Notes under the pieces: generated by a model | What the model saw: the letters and a program-made list of their open reading frames with translations, nothing else | Databases searched by the model: none | Told to the model about the DNA's origin: nothing | Position numbers and translations under genes: made by a program | Origin: Squalus acanthias | Lineage: Eukaryota | DNA: 64,000 nucleotides | Reading direction: 5' to 3' | NCBI GenBank assembly: GCA_030390025.1 | Contig: CM059431.1 | Span: 139,502,001 to 139,566,000, forward strand | Part shown: one piece after another, positions 1 to 9,764 of the stretch | How positions within the stretch are numbered: position 1 is the first letter of the stretch | Layout of the letters: each line of letters starts with the position of its first letter

Positions 1-135
1 ATCTCCAGTTAGTTTTCCTCAAGCCCGAAATCCTATGTTTGAAATCACTTGGTATGAGCACGAGAATAGATGGATGATATCACACTGTATTGGGCTCTCT
101 TCCCGGGCAACTGAAGACGTGGCAGATGAACATTT

Positions 136-791
136 ATACAAAAGCAAAATAATGCAGATGCTGGAATCTGAAATAAAAGCAGAACATTCTGGAAATACTC
201 AGCAGGTCCGGTAGCATCTGTGAAGAGAGAAACAGAGTTAACGTTTCAGGTCGATGACCCTTCGTCAGAACTGGAAAAAGCTGGAGATGGAACAGGTTTT
301 TAAGCAATTCCAGAGGCAGGGAAAGGGGGAAGTGAAGCAAAGAACAAAAGGGAAGATCTGTGATAGGATGGAAGGCAGGAGAGATTAAGAGACAAAAGGG
401 ATGATGGTGCAAGGCAAAAGGAGATGGTAATGGGACAAGTTAAGATACAAAAGATGGCTCTAGATGAAGTGTAAATGGCACTGGCAGAATGAAACACAGC
501 TGCCATGTGGGAGAGAGAGAAAAAGGATCGGGGCTCGATGTTGATTCCAGGAGTCTGTAAAGTGCCTCATCGAAAGATGAAGCGCTATTCCTCGAGCTTA
601 CGTTGACCTTCCCTTTTGTTCTTTCCTCCTCTCCCACCTTTCCCTGCCCCTGCACTTGCATAAAAACCTGTTCCATCTTTAGCTTTTTTCATTTCTGACG
701 AAGGATCATCGACCTGAAACGTTAACTCTGTTTCTCTCTCCACAGATGCTGCCTGGCCTGCTGAGTATTTCCAGCATTTTCTGTTTTTATT
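136..791. mobile_element. Penelope-like element fragment with inverted (fold-back) pLTR ends
   Basis: Flanked by a 14-bp direct repeat GCAGATGAACATTT (122-135, 792-805). The left arm is the reverse complement of the right arm and of the Penelope 3' end at 48300-48640. A GIY-YIG C-terminal remnant (QRKLEE*RFIFR*GTLQTPGINIE) is on the - strand near 530-610. Confidence 0.85.
236..272 (-). ncRNA. Minimal type I hammerhead ribozyme motif (pLTR family A)
   Basis: Minus strand reads AGUU-CUGACGA-A-GGGUC-AUC-GACCU-GAAAC-GUU-AACU: both core boxes, stem II hairpin, stem I AGUU/AACU and palindromic AACGUU stem III. Confidence 0.75.
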
Positions 792-1146
792 GCAGATGAA
801 CATTTGTTATTTCCTACATTGATTTCAAAGCCCTGACATACTTTCCTTTCAGGTGTGATGTTGATTGGCTTGTTTTATATCACATGTCTAAATGCGATGC
901 TTGCGGGTGACCGGGGCGAATCTAAATAACCAATCTGAGCCAATCTTTTGACATATTTCTCTCTTTTGATCTGCACTAGTTATCGACATTTTCCACGCAA
1001 AATTTATACAAGCAAAACAAAGTAGCTAAAGTTTAACTACATTGAGAAAATGCACGTTTATCGTTACTGATGCTAGATGTGTGTGGCAGGTAAATGAAAA
1101 TTAAGTTGGAATATGAGAAACGATTGCTGTTGGTGTTGACTTTCAG

Positions 1147-1674
1147 AGACGATGGAAATTTAATTATGATGTTCGCAAGATTATGGTGAGAACAGATCGA
1201 GTGAAGAGCCCCCCACCCATACGCAGTCCCGTGTTTGTGGGGAGCGCATACGTTCTGCTCACCAGAAAATTTGTGAGTATTTTGTTTGTGAACCCGGAAA
1301 TCCAGGCATTCTGCAAGTGGTCGGAGAATACCTACAGCCCCGATGAACACATCTGGGCCACCCTGCAGAGAATGCCCGAGGTACCCGGCTCCATTCCATA
1401 CACTCGCAGGCACCACATGGGTGACGCACCAGTCCTTACTCGAGCAGTGAAGTGGTCTGTTAATGCTGGAGATACTGCGAAAGGAGCCTTATATCCGCCT
1501 TGTACAGGAAGGTACCGCCATCCGATCTGTGTATATGGGTCTGGAGATCTCCACTGGATCATCCAAAAGAAACCCTTGTTCGCCAATAAGTTTCAGCCAG
1601 AAGTAGACAACACAGCTTTGCAATGTATGTAGGAATATGTCCGACACAGAGCGATTCATGGAACAGGAATTTAA
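1147..1674 (+). pseudogene. GCNT3: Terminal coding exon of a core-2/I-branching beta-1,6-N-acetylglucosaminyltransferase (GT14, GCNT3-like) with a premature stop
   Basis: Starts after acceptor tttcag (AG 1145-1146). Motifs RWK, SPPP, FVGSAY, YSPDEHIWATLQR, RAVKW, CTG..ICVYGSGDL.W and FANKF. TAG at 1630-1632 is followed in frame by EYVRHRAIHGTGI* (TAA 1672-1674), which resembles the GCNT3 C-terminus. Paralogue assignment is from memory. Confidence 0.8.
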
Positions 1675-2344
1675 TAAGGAAACTCAGCGGGCCATTTTCT
1701 ATCTCGCACATATTCCCATTCACCCATCGCCCCGATGCTCTCTGATCTGCATTCGGCCCATCATACCCATGCCGGTTCTCTGAAAGAGCTATATATTTAG
1801 ATCTGTTCCCCAACCCCCACCCCTTCATCCCGCTCATTTTTTGAATGTTATTATTTCTTCACTTCACTTATAAATCTTATAACGAATTCTGCTTACAATA
1901 TTGTTTCCGGTAAGGCATTCCAGGTGCTAACAGATCCCATCCTAAAATAAATATTTTCTAATCTCTAAGTTATTTTTTGCTGGCGAGATTTAATTTTAGT
2001 TGCCGAATCACTTAGTTGAACTTGTGAATTTTTCAACACGTCTTTCCGAATTTCACTTAACGATCTTGGTTCACTTTGCCTTCTTTCTCCTCATAACTAA
2101 AACCTCTCATCCCTGGTATGATCTTAGTGAATTTATTCTGACCGTCTCCATGGCCTTCACATCCTTCCCAATGTCGGCCGCCCAGAAATGGTCACAGCAG
2201 CTGAGGTTTTGCACTGCTGTGCAATTTTCCTACGTGTGTTTCCACGCACTGTGAGCTCAGAGACAGAACATTTCTCCTTAAATTTCAACCAACATCTTTA
2301 CAGCGAAACTGCAAATCTGACTTTGTCCTATTTTATTTGCATAG

Positions 2345-3080
2345 AAACGGAGGAACATGATTAGGTCATTCAGCAACTCGAGTCTGTTCCAACATTCAAT
2401 CACATCATGGCTTATCTGTTTCTTAAATCCACTTAGACGCCTTTATTCCATGCCCGCTGATATCCTTCCTTAAAGAAACGTCATTCTATTTAATTCTTCA
2501 CAATTTATATTGTCCAGCATCCACAGCCTTTTGAGGAGGTGAGTTCCAGATTTCCAATAACCTTTGTGTGAAATAGTGCTTCCGGATCTCATTCCTAAAT
2601 GGCCCAGCTCTAATACAAAGATGATGCCCTCTTATTCTGTATTTCCCCATTAGAGGAAATAGTTTGTCTGTATCTACCCTATGGGATCCCTTCATGACGT
2701 TAAATATTTCTATATGATCAGCCCTCAACCGTTTAAACTCAAGGAAATATAAACCAGGTTTATGCAACCTGTCCTCATATTTAACTCTGCAAACACTGGT
2801 ATAATTCTGGTGAATATGCACTGCACCTGCTATGAGGATAATATGTATTTCCTGATATTCGATTCCCAAATCTGAAAGTAATGCTCGAGATGGTGTCTGA
2901 CCAAGGTTGTGTATAACGAAAGCATCGAGTCCACATTTTTGAATTCAAACGCTTTGAGAAAATGGACAGCATTCCATTGGCCATTTTGATCATTTTTTGT
3001 TCCTGTGCACTGGCTTTTACTGATTTGTGTACACGGAGACACAAATCCATTTTCTCCTCCACATCAACGCCTCTGTCACC
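2345..3080 (-). mobile_element. CR1-type LINE 3' fragment
   Basis: Degenerate ORF2 C-terminus (LYTTLVRHHLEHY, RLRADHIEIF, RGHHL, FTQRLLEIWNS). Confidence 0.85.
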
Positions 3081-3385
3081 ATTAATATTACGTCAGAGAA
3101 TATTTTGTCTGAGAAATAACCGGTCCTGTTCAGTTTAACAAAAGTCGCACCGGATTCCTGGTGTCAGAAGCAATGAGCATTTTAAACCAGACTCCTGTGT
3201 GTGAAATGAGACGTGGGTCACAGTTCATCACAGAAAAAATATTGAAGTATCGACTCTTGGTTAGTCAGCATTTCTTTCATTCTGCAAAAGAAGGTCATCA
3301 GTTCATTAATGGTGAATAAAACAATTCTATTTTCACATTAAATATTGGAAGTCATTTAATTAAAAACTGCTTTTTCACCTCTTAA

Positions 3386-3456
3386 TTCCCTGACCAGGAA
3401 TGAAACGCAGGACACGGCGGTAAAAGCATCGAATCTTAACACTAAACCACCAGGGA
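3386..3456 (-). pseudogene. Degenerate tRNA-Glu gene
   Basis: Reverse complement aligns end to end with vertebrate tRNA-Glu (TCCCTGGTGG...GGTCAGGGAA). Many substitutions, B-box damaged, anticodon reads TTT instead of TTC. Confidence 0.8.
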
Positions 3457-3929
3457 AAACAGAGTCAAACCATTGCTATAATGTTAAACATAATTGGGAA
3501 CTCTCCATATTGGATACCGATTTAGTTTTGACTTGTTTTACACGTAAATCTATTTCATGACTCTGCTGCTTACAAATGTATTTACATGTATCTTTAAAAT
3601 TTATTCATTTATTGGGGGTCATCTGTCTTCATTCCAAATGTTTTATGTAAGTATTTATTTCTCAATATGGTACTTTTAAATTACACACAAATACATGTAT
3701 ACATAATACAGACACACACAAATACAATGATAAATAACACACAAATATATTTATAACTGGGACAAATACACCCAAGTGCATTTAGAAGTATCACAGATGC
3801 AATTATTTATATTTATATTTGTATGTAGTGTATGTCATATTATAATAATAAATTATGAATTGACACACATATAAAGCATCGCACTCAACACATAAACACT
3901 AAATTTATAGGTAAACATCACACCCACAC

Positions 3930-4670
3930 AGGACGCTTCTTAAGAAGACGGAAGCCCATGGAATTAAGGGAAAAGTGATGGTATGGATATTGAATTGGCT
4001 CAGTGACCGAAAGCAAAGTGTGGTGATGGACGGACGTTCTTCAGACGGGGAGGTGGTTTGTAGTGGTGTTCCCAAGGTCAATTTTTATCCATTACACTTT
4101 GCAATTTTTATAAACGATCTAGACTCGGATGTAGGGAGCAGCATTATGCAGTTTGCAGATGATACAAACTTGGCAACGCATTAGATAGTCATGAGGATAT
4201 TTCTAGATTTCGGCATGACATAGGCAGGATGTTGAAGTGGGCAAAAACATGGCAGATGGAGTTCAGTGCAGACAAGTGTGAAGTGATGTAGTTTGGCAGG
4301 ACTAATATGGAAAGACAATGTATTATAAATGGAACGATTTTGAATAGTCTAGATGAGCAGAGAGGCCTTGCTGTCACATACACAAACCTTAATGGGGGCA
4401 GGGCAAGTTGATAAGATGTTGAAAAAAGCATATGGGTTACGTAGGTTTATAAATAGAGGCATAGAATATTAAATCAAATAGTGAATGCTAGTTATAGAGT
4501 AGATAGAGAAAAATCTATTCCCTCGGTTGAGTGTGTCAATAACCTGAGGTCATAGATTTAAAATCATTGGCCATAGATCGAGAGGGAGATGAGGAGCTTT
4601 TTTTCACTCAGAGAGTTGTCGGGATCTGGAACGCTCTACCTGAAATGGTGATGGAAGCTGATTCCATCAA
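3930..4670 (+). mobile_element. Old CR1-type LINE RT/3' fragment
   Basis: WILNWLSDRKQ, SGVP, FINDLD, FADD and FFTQRVVGIWNALP, with stops and frameshifts. Confidence 0.85.
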
Positions 4671-4674
4671 TAAA

Positions 4675-6271
4675 CCGATTCTGAGCAAGACTTCTTCACT
4701 GCACAGGACCTCCAGCCAACGCTGTACACCAGATACATCGACGACATTTTCTTCCTTTGGACCCATGGCGAAGGATCACTGAAAAGACTACACGATAACA
4801 TAAACAAGTTCCATCCCAACATCAAACTCACCATGGACTACTCCTCAGAATCGGTTTCATTCCTGGACACACGAATCTCCATCAAAGACGGACACCTCAG
4901 CACTTCACTCTACCGCAAGCCCACGGACAACCTCACGATGCTCCACTTCTCCAGCTTCCACCCTAACCATGTTAAAGCAGCCATCCCCTATGGACAAGCC
5001 CTGCGAATACACAGGATCTGCTCAGATGAGGAGGAACGCGATGGACACCTACGGACGCTGAAAAACGCCCTCGTAAGATTGGGATATGACGCTCGACTCA
5101 TCGATCGACAGATCCGACGGGCCACAGCGAAAAATCGCATAGACCTCCTCAGAAGGCAAACACGGGACACAACCAAAAGGGTACCCTACGTCGTCCAGTA
5201 CTTCCCCGGAGCAGAGAAAATACGCCATGTTCTTCGCAGCCTTCAACATGTCATCGATGACGACAAACACCTCGCTAAGGCCATCCCCACGCCTCCATAA
5301 CTTACCTTCAAACAGCTGCCTAACCTCAGAAGTACCATCGTTCGCAGCAAATTACCCAGCTTTCAGGATAACAGCGACCACGACACCACAAAACCCTGCC
5401 ACGGCAAACTCTGCAAGACATGCCAGATCATCAACACAGATACCACCATCACACGTGAGGACACTAACCACCAGGTACATGGTACATACTCATGTGACTC
5501 GGCCAACGTTGTCTACCTCATACGTTGCAGGAAAGAATGCACCGCGGCATGGTACATCGGCGAGACCATGCAGACACTGAGACAACGTATGAACGAGCAC
5601 CGCGCAACAATCGCCAGGCAGGATTGTTACCTCCCAGTCGGGGAACACTTCAGCAGTCAAGGACATTCAGCCTCGGATCTGCGGGTAAGCGTTCTCCAAG
5701 GCAACCTTAGAAACACACGACAACGCAAAATCATCGAGCAGAAACTGATAGCCAAGTTCCGCACTCATGAAGACGGTCTCAACCGGGATCTTGGGTTTAT
5801 GTCACGATACATGACGTGATCTGGACTCGAGTCGTCGTTGGCTTGTTCACAGATGTGATTCCCAGTAAAAAAGTAAAAATTTTCCCAGTAAAAAAGTAAA
5901 AATTTTAAAGCTTTTCGTTTTACATACAGACGGCAGCTTTTGACACGTTAGAACCCCTGCGACTACACGTCATTGTCTCAGTTGTATCTTGCTATGTCTT
6001 TGATGTGGTACCTTCCTGGCTGACCTGATTAACTTTATCACACCTCGGCAGATAGTCAGGATGATTTAATTTAGTGGTCTGCAATTGTAAGGTACACATG
6101 CTTTGTTCTCTATCTATATATGCTTTGGCGATTCTGTATCTATTTACTTCACCTGAGGAAGGGGCAATCGATAGCTCCGAAAGCTTGTGATTTCAAATAA
6201 AACTGTTGGACTATAACCTGGTGTTGTGCGACCTCTCAATTTTGTCCACCCCAGTCCAACACCGGCATCTC
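4675..6271 (+). mobile_element. Penelope-like retroelement, 5'-truncated: RT C-half, GIY-YIG endonuclease and 3' pLTR
   Basis: One frame 4680-5819 has RYIDDIFFLW, FLD, LYRKPT, YGQALRIHRICS, the CxxC linker and VVYLIRC..WYIGET..RMNEH. It is interrupted only by TAA at 5298-5300. Hammerhead motif downstream. Confidence 0.92.
6149..6190 (+). ncRNA. Minimal type I hammerhead ribozyme motif (pLTR family B)
   Basis: UCAC-CUGAGGA-A-GGGGC-AAUCGAUA-GCUCC-GAAAG-CUU-GUGA: stem I UCAC/GUGA, stem II GGGGC/GCUCC, palindromic AAGCUU stem III. Confidence 0.8.
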
Positions 6272-6885
6272 CGCATCTTGGATTCTATGCCATGGCTAAT
6301 AAAGGCAAGCATTCCGTATGCCTTCTTAACTACCTGGCCTGCTACCTTCAGGGATCTGTGGACATGCACTCCAAGGTCCCTTTGTTCCTCTACACTACTC
6401 AATGTCCCACAATTTAATGTATATTCCCTTTCCTTGTTAGCCCTCCCCAAATGCATTAGCTCACACTTCTCCGGATTGAATTTAATTTGCCACTGTTCTG
6501 CCCAACTGACCAATTTATTGATATCTTCCTGCAGTCTACAGCTTCCTTCTTCAGTATCAACCACACAGCCGATTTTAGTATCGTCTGCAAACTTCTTAAT
6601 CCTGCCCCCTATATTCAACTTTAGATCATTGATATATACCACAAAAAGCAAGGGACCAAGTACTGAGCCCTGCGGAACACCACTGCAAACAGCCATCAAC
6701 CATTACCCTCTGCTTTCTGTCTCCGAGCCAGTTTTGAATCCAACTTGACACTTTGCCCTGGATCCCATGGGCTCTTAACTTCGTGACCAGTCTGCCATGT
6801 GGGACCTTATCAAAAGCCTTGGCAAAGTCCATATACACTACATCAAACGCACTATCCTCATCACCCTCCTTGTTACCTCCTCAAA
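6272..6885 (-). mobile_element. CR1-type LINE RT fragment
   Basis: YMDFAKAFDKVPH, GVPQGSVLGP, KFADD and FNPEKC on the - strand. Confidence 0.9.
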
Positions 6886-6963
6886 AATGGGAACAAATTG
6901 TCGAAGAAGCAGTTCCAGCTAATTGCATAAATGCAATTGCACAGAGGAGTGAAAAGACCGGCA

Positions 6964-7046
6964 TGTCTGGAGTGGGATTCATACCCACACTCCCAGAGGA
7001 GGCAGCGACCTGAATCCAGCACCATAGTCCGCTCGGCCATCTGTGC
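6964..7046 (-). pseudogene. Degenerate tRNA-Leu(CAG) gene
   Basis: Reverse complement matches tRNA-Leu-CAG (GATGGCCGAGCGG...TTCAGGTCGC...long variable arm...AATCCCACTCC). Acceptor stem and T-loop are mutated. Confidence 0.8.
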
Positions 7047-7369
7047 TCAAGGAGAAACCGTTCAATAGGCCTGAATTTCCCCCGAGAATGCCCAGAGAAA
7101 GTTCAACTCATTCTGGTTCCCTGTTTATGCTGCTGGAAGGCTCAGTGACCATAAACAACATCACTTCTGTCCCACAATAAAAACTCTGAATCCTTCTCCT
7201 CCGTTGCTGTTTACAGACATTTCACTGATCGAAACCACACTAGTCACACAGGAAATTGATTGTTAAATAATTAATGTTCTGAAGGCGCTCTCCAATTGTC
7301 CTCCCCCAATCTCCTGAATCAGATCATTCTCGTCGGGTTCCTTTGAATAAAATCATCGAATTATTTAAT

Positions 7370-7600
7370 TACACAGAATAGAACGAAGTCATTCGGCCCA
7401 TCATGCCTGTGCCGGCTCTTTGGTAGAGTTATCCAATTAATCTCATTCCCCTGCTATGTACTCATAGCCCTGTAAATGTTTCCCTTCAAGTATTTATCCA
7501 GTTCTCCTTTTAAATTTATGGCTGAATCTGCTTCCATCGCCCTGTCAGACATTGCATTCCAGATCACAAGAACTCGCTGTGTAAACAAAAGTTCCCTCTC
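7370..7600 (-). mobile_element. CR1 3' UTR/tail fragment
   Basis: Similar to the CR1 3' ends elsewhere in the window (cattcggccc..., gagttatccaatt, tctgcttccatcgccctgtcag). Confidence 0.65.
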
Positions 7601-8146
7601 GTTGTTCTTCGACCTGGACCGGCTTCTCTCGGTCCCCAGGACGTGGCCATTCTAATTCTGTGACTGCAGTCAGTTTTGTTCGGACAGAGTTTTGACTGGA
7701 ACGTCACACCTGCTTCGCTAAGGGCAATGAAACAGGGGAGGTTGTAATCTCTGAGAGATCTGAGGCCCGTCAGAAATGTTTCTGTATCTGAATCCCTAAC
7801 TCTTCTTGTTCCTTTTAAACGGTTTTACCATTTATTGTACATTATAGAAGGGAAAAATACAGGGCTGTGGGGAAAGAGCAGGGGAGTGGGATTAATGGGA
7901 TAGCTCTGTCAAAGAGCCGGCAAAAGCACGATGGGCCGAATGGCCTCATTCTCTGCTGTATCATTCTATCATTATATGATTACGCGGCACCCACAATGTG
8001 GTCTCTGAGACTTACAGTGAAGCGGAGGCCAGTTTTCACTCTTAAACCAACAATATATTATTCGCATTTTCAGCGAAGTGACACTGCTGCAGGAATTCAG
8101 AGCTGGGAGTGGCCGTGAAATCAGCATGAAAGGTTGAAAAAATATT

Positions 8147-8219
8147 CACCCAACGGGGAGCTGGAGGCAACGACTCTGAAATTAAGAGTCTGATGCTCTT
8201 CCGACTGAACTAACCGGGT
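8147..8219 (-). pseudogene. Degenerate tRNA-Lys(CTT) gene
   Basis: 73-nt reverse complement matches tRNA-Lys-CTT (CCCGGTTAG.TCAGTCGG.AGAGCAT.AGACTCTTAAT.TCAG.GTCGT...CGTTGGGTG). B-box is destroyed and a T6 run follows the 3' end. Confidence 0.8.
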
Positions 8220-9044
8220 CTGGATAACTTTCCGTACTTGTCGCTTATTGCAGCGAGGTGGCTATTGGCTCTGCCCCATTGGTTGAACTTGTTCTACAAA
8301 CCACGGACCAAGTCCTCCAGAATTCCAAGGTGTAAGAGGACATCAACCATCAAACCATTCATTGACCAGAGGGGTTCAGGCAATGTTCTGATGGCATTTG
8401 TCCTTGTCAATATCTCCTGTCTATTTTCCGGTGCTTCCCGATACTCTCTGATCGCTGGCTGTGTTTATCTGACCGTGTCTTCCTGCAGGTTGATTATGAA
8501 CGAATACCTGTGTTTCTCTCTGTTGCATTAAATAAACGAGGGCTTCAGACGCTTCTCCCCATGGCACTGGGGAACTAGTGAGACAGACTTTAGAGTGAGG
8601 TTCTGGTTATGTCGAAAAGCAAATAAAACATGTGTGTAACTGGACTTGGTCGAACACAATAAACACATTTGTGGTTGCAAACGATATTTTGGTGTCGGAA
8701 CTGAACTGTTTACATCTCCTCAAACTACAAATTAATATTGCGGTAATATTACTCTGTGATCTGTGGGGATTGTCCATGTTCTGAGATGAATGATGATGCA
8801 GTGTGAGGTGACAGAAAGGCCAGGTGTCAATTCCCGCAGTGAGTTCCGCTGGTAGAGCCGGACTGTGTAACTCAGTGAGGACAGGACGTTTCCAGGAGTG
8901 GAAGCGGGAGAATCTGAAGGACGTTGACATCATTCTGGGGAATCCGCTGTCATTGCACAGGCGCGATGGGCCAATTGGGCTCCTTCTGTGCTGTATTATT
9001 ATATGACTGTGATAACGTGGCCCCGACAAAGTTATCTCTGGCAC

Positions 9045-9760
9045 TTTTGTTGAGTATATTCAAGGCTGAGATAGATAAATTCTTAGTCTCTGGCGGAATC
9101 AAGGATGGAGTCAAATTGAAAACAAAAGCATACAATGTTGCGAAGAATAGTGTAAGGCAACTGGCAAACTTTTAAAAACCAACAAAGGACGACTAACAAC
9201 ATGATAGAGAGAGATGATAGCTTATGAGAGTAAGCTAGCAAGAAATATAAAAACAGAGAGCAAGAGTTTCTACAGGTATGTAAAAAGGAAGAGAGTAGCT
9301 AAAGTAAACGATGGTCTCCTGGAGGATGAGTCTGGGGAATGAATAATGGGAAACAGGGAAATGGCAGAGATTTGAAGAAATATTTTGTATCGGTCTTCAC
9401 GGTATAAAAATCTAAAAGCATCCCGATAATGGATAATCAAGGGGCTGTTGGGGTGGTGGGAGTATTTAAAACAATCACTATCACTAGAGAGAGAGTACTA
9501 GGAAGCAAATGGGATTAAAGGTGGACAAGTACCCTGGACCCTATGGACTGCATCCTAGAGTCTTAAAAGAGGTGGCTGCAGAGATAGTGCTTGCATTGGT
9601 TGTAATGTTACAAAATTCACTGGATTCTGGAGAGGTCCCAGATGACTGGAAAACCGCAAATGTAACGCTCCTTTTTAAGAAAGGAGGGAGACAGAAAGCA
9701 GGCAACTAACGACCAGTTTGACTAACATCTGTCATTGGGAAAATGTTGGAGTCCATCTTT
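9045..9760 (+). mobile_element. CR1-type LINE ORF2 internal fragment
   Basis: PGPYGLHPRVLKE and WKTANVTLLFKKG. Homologous to 53050-53710. Confidence 0.85.
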
Positions 9761-9764
9761 CCAA

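Noticed and set aside
3386..8219. Functional tRNA genes
   Set aside because: B-box/T-loop and stem pairings are disrupted in all three.
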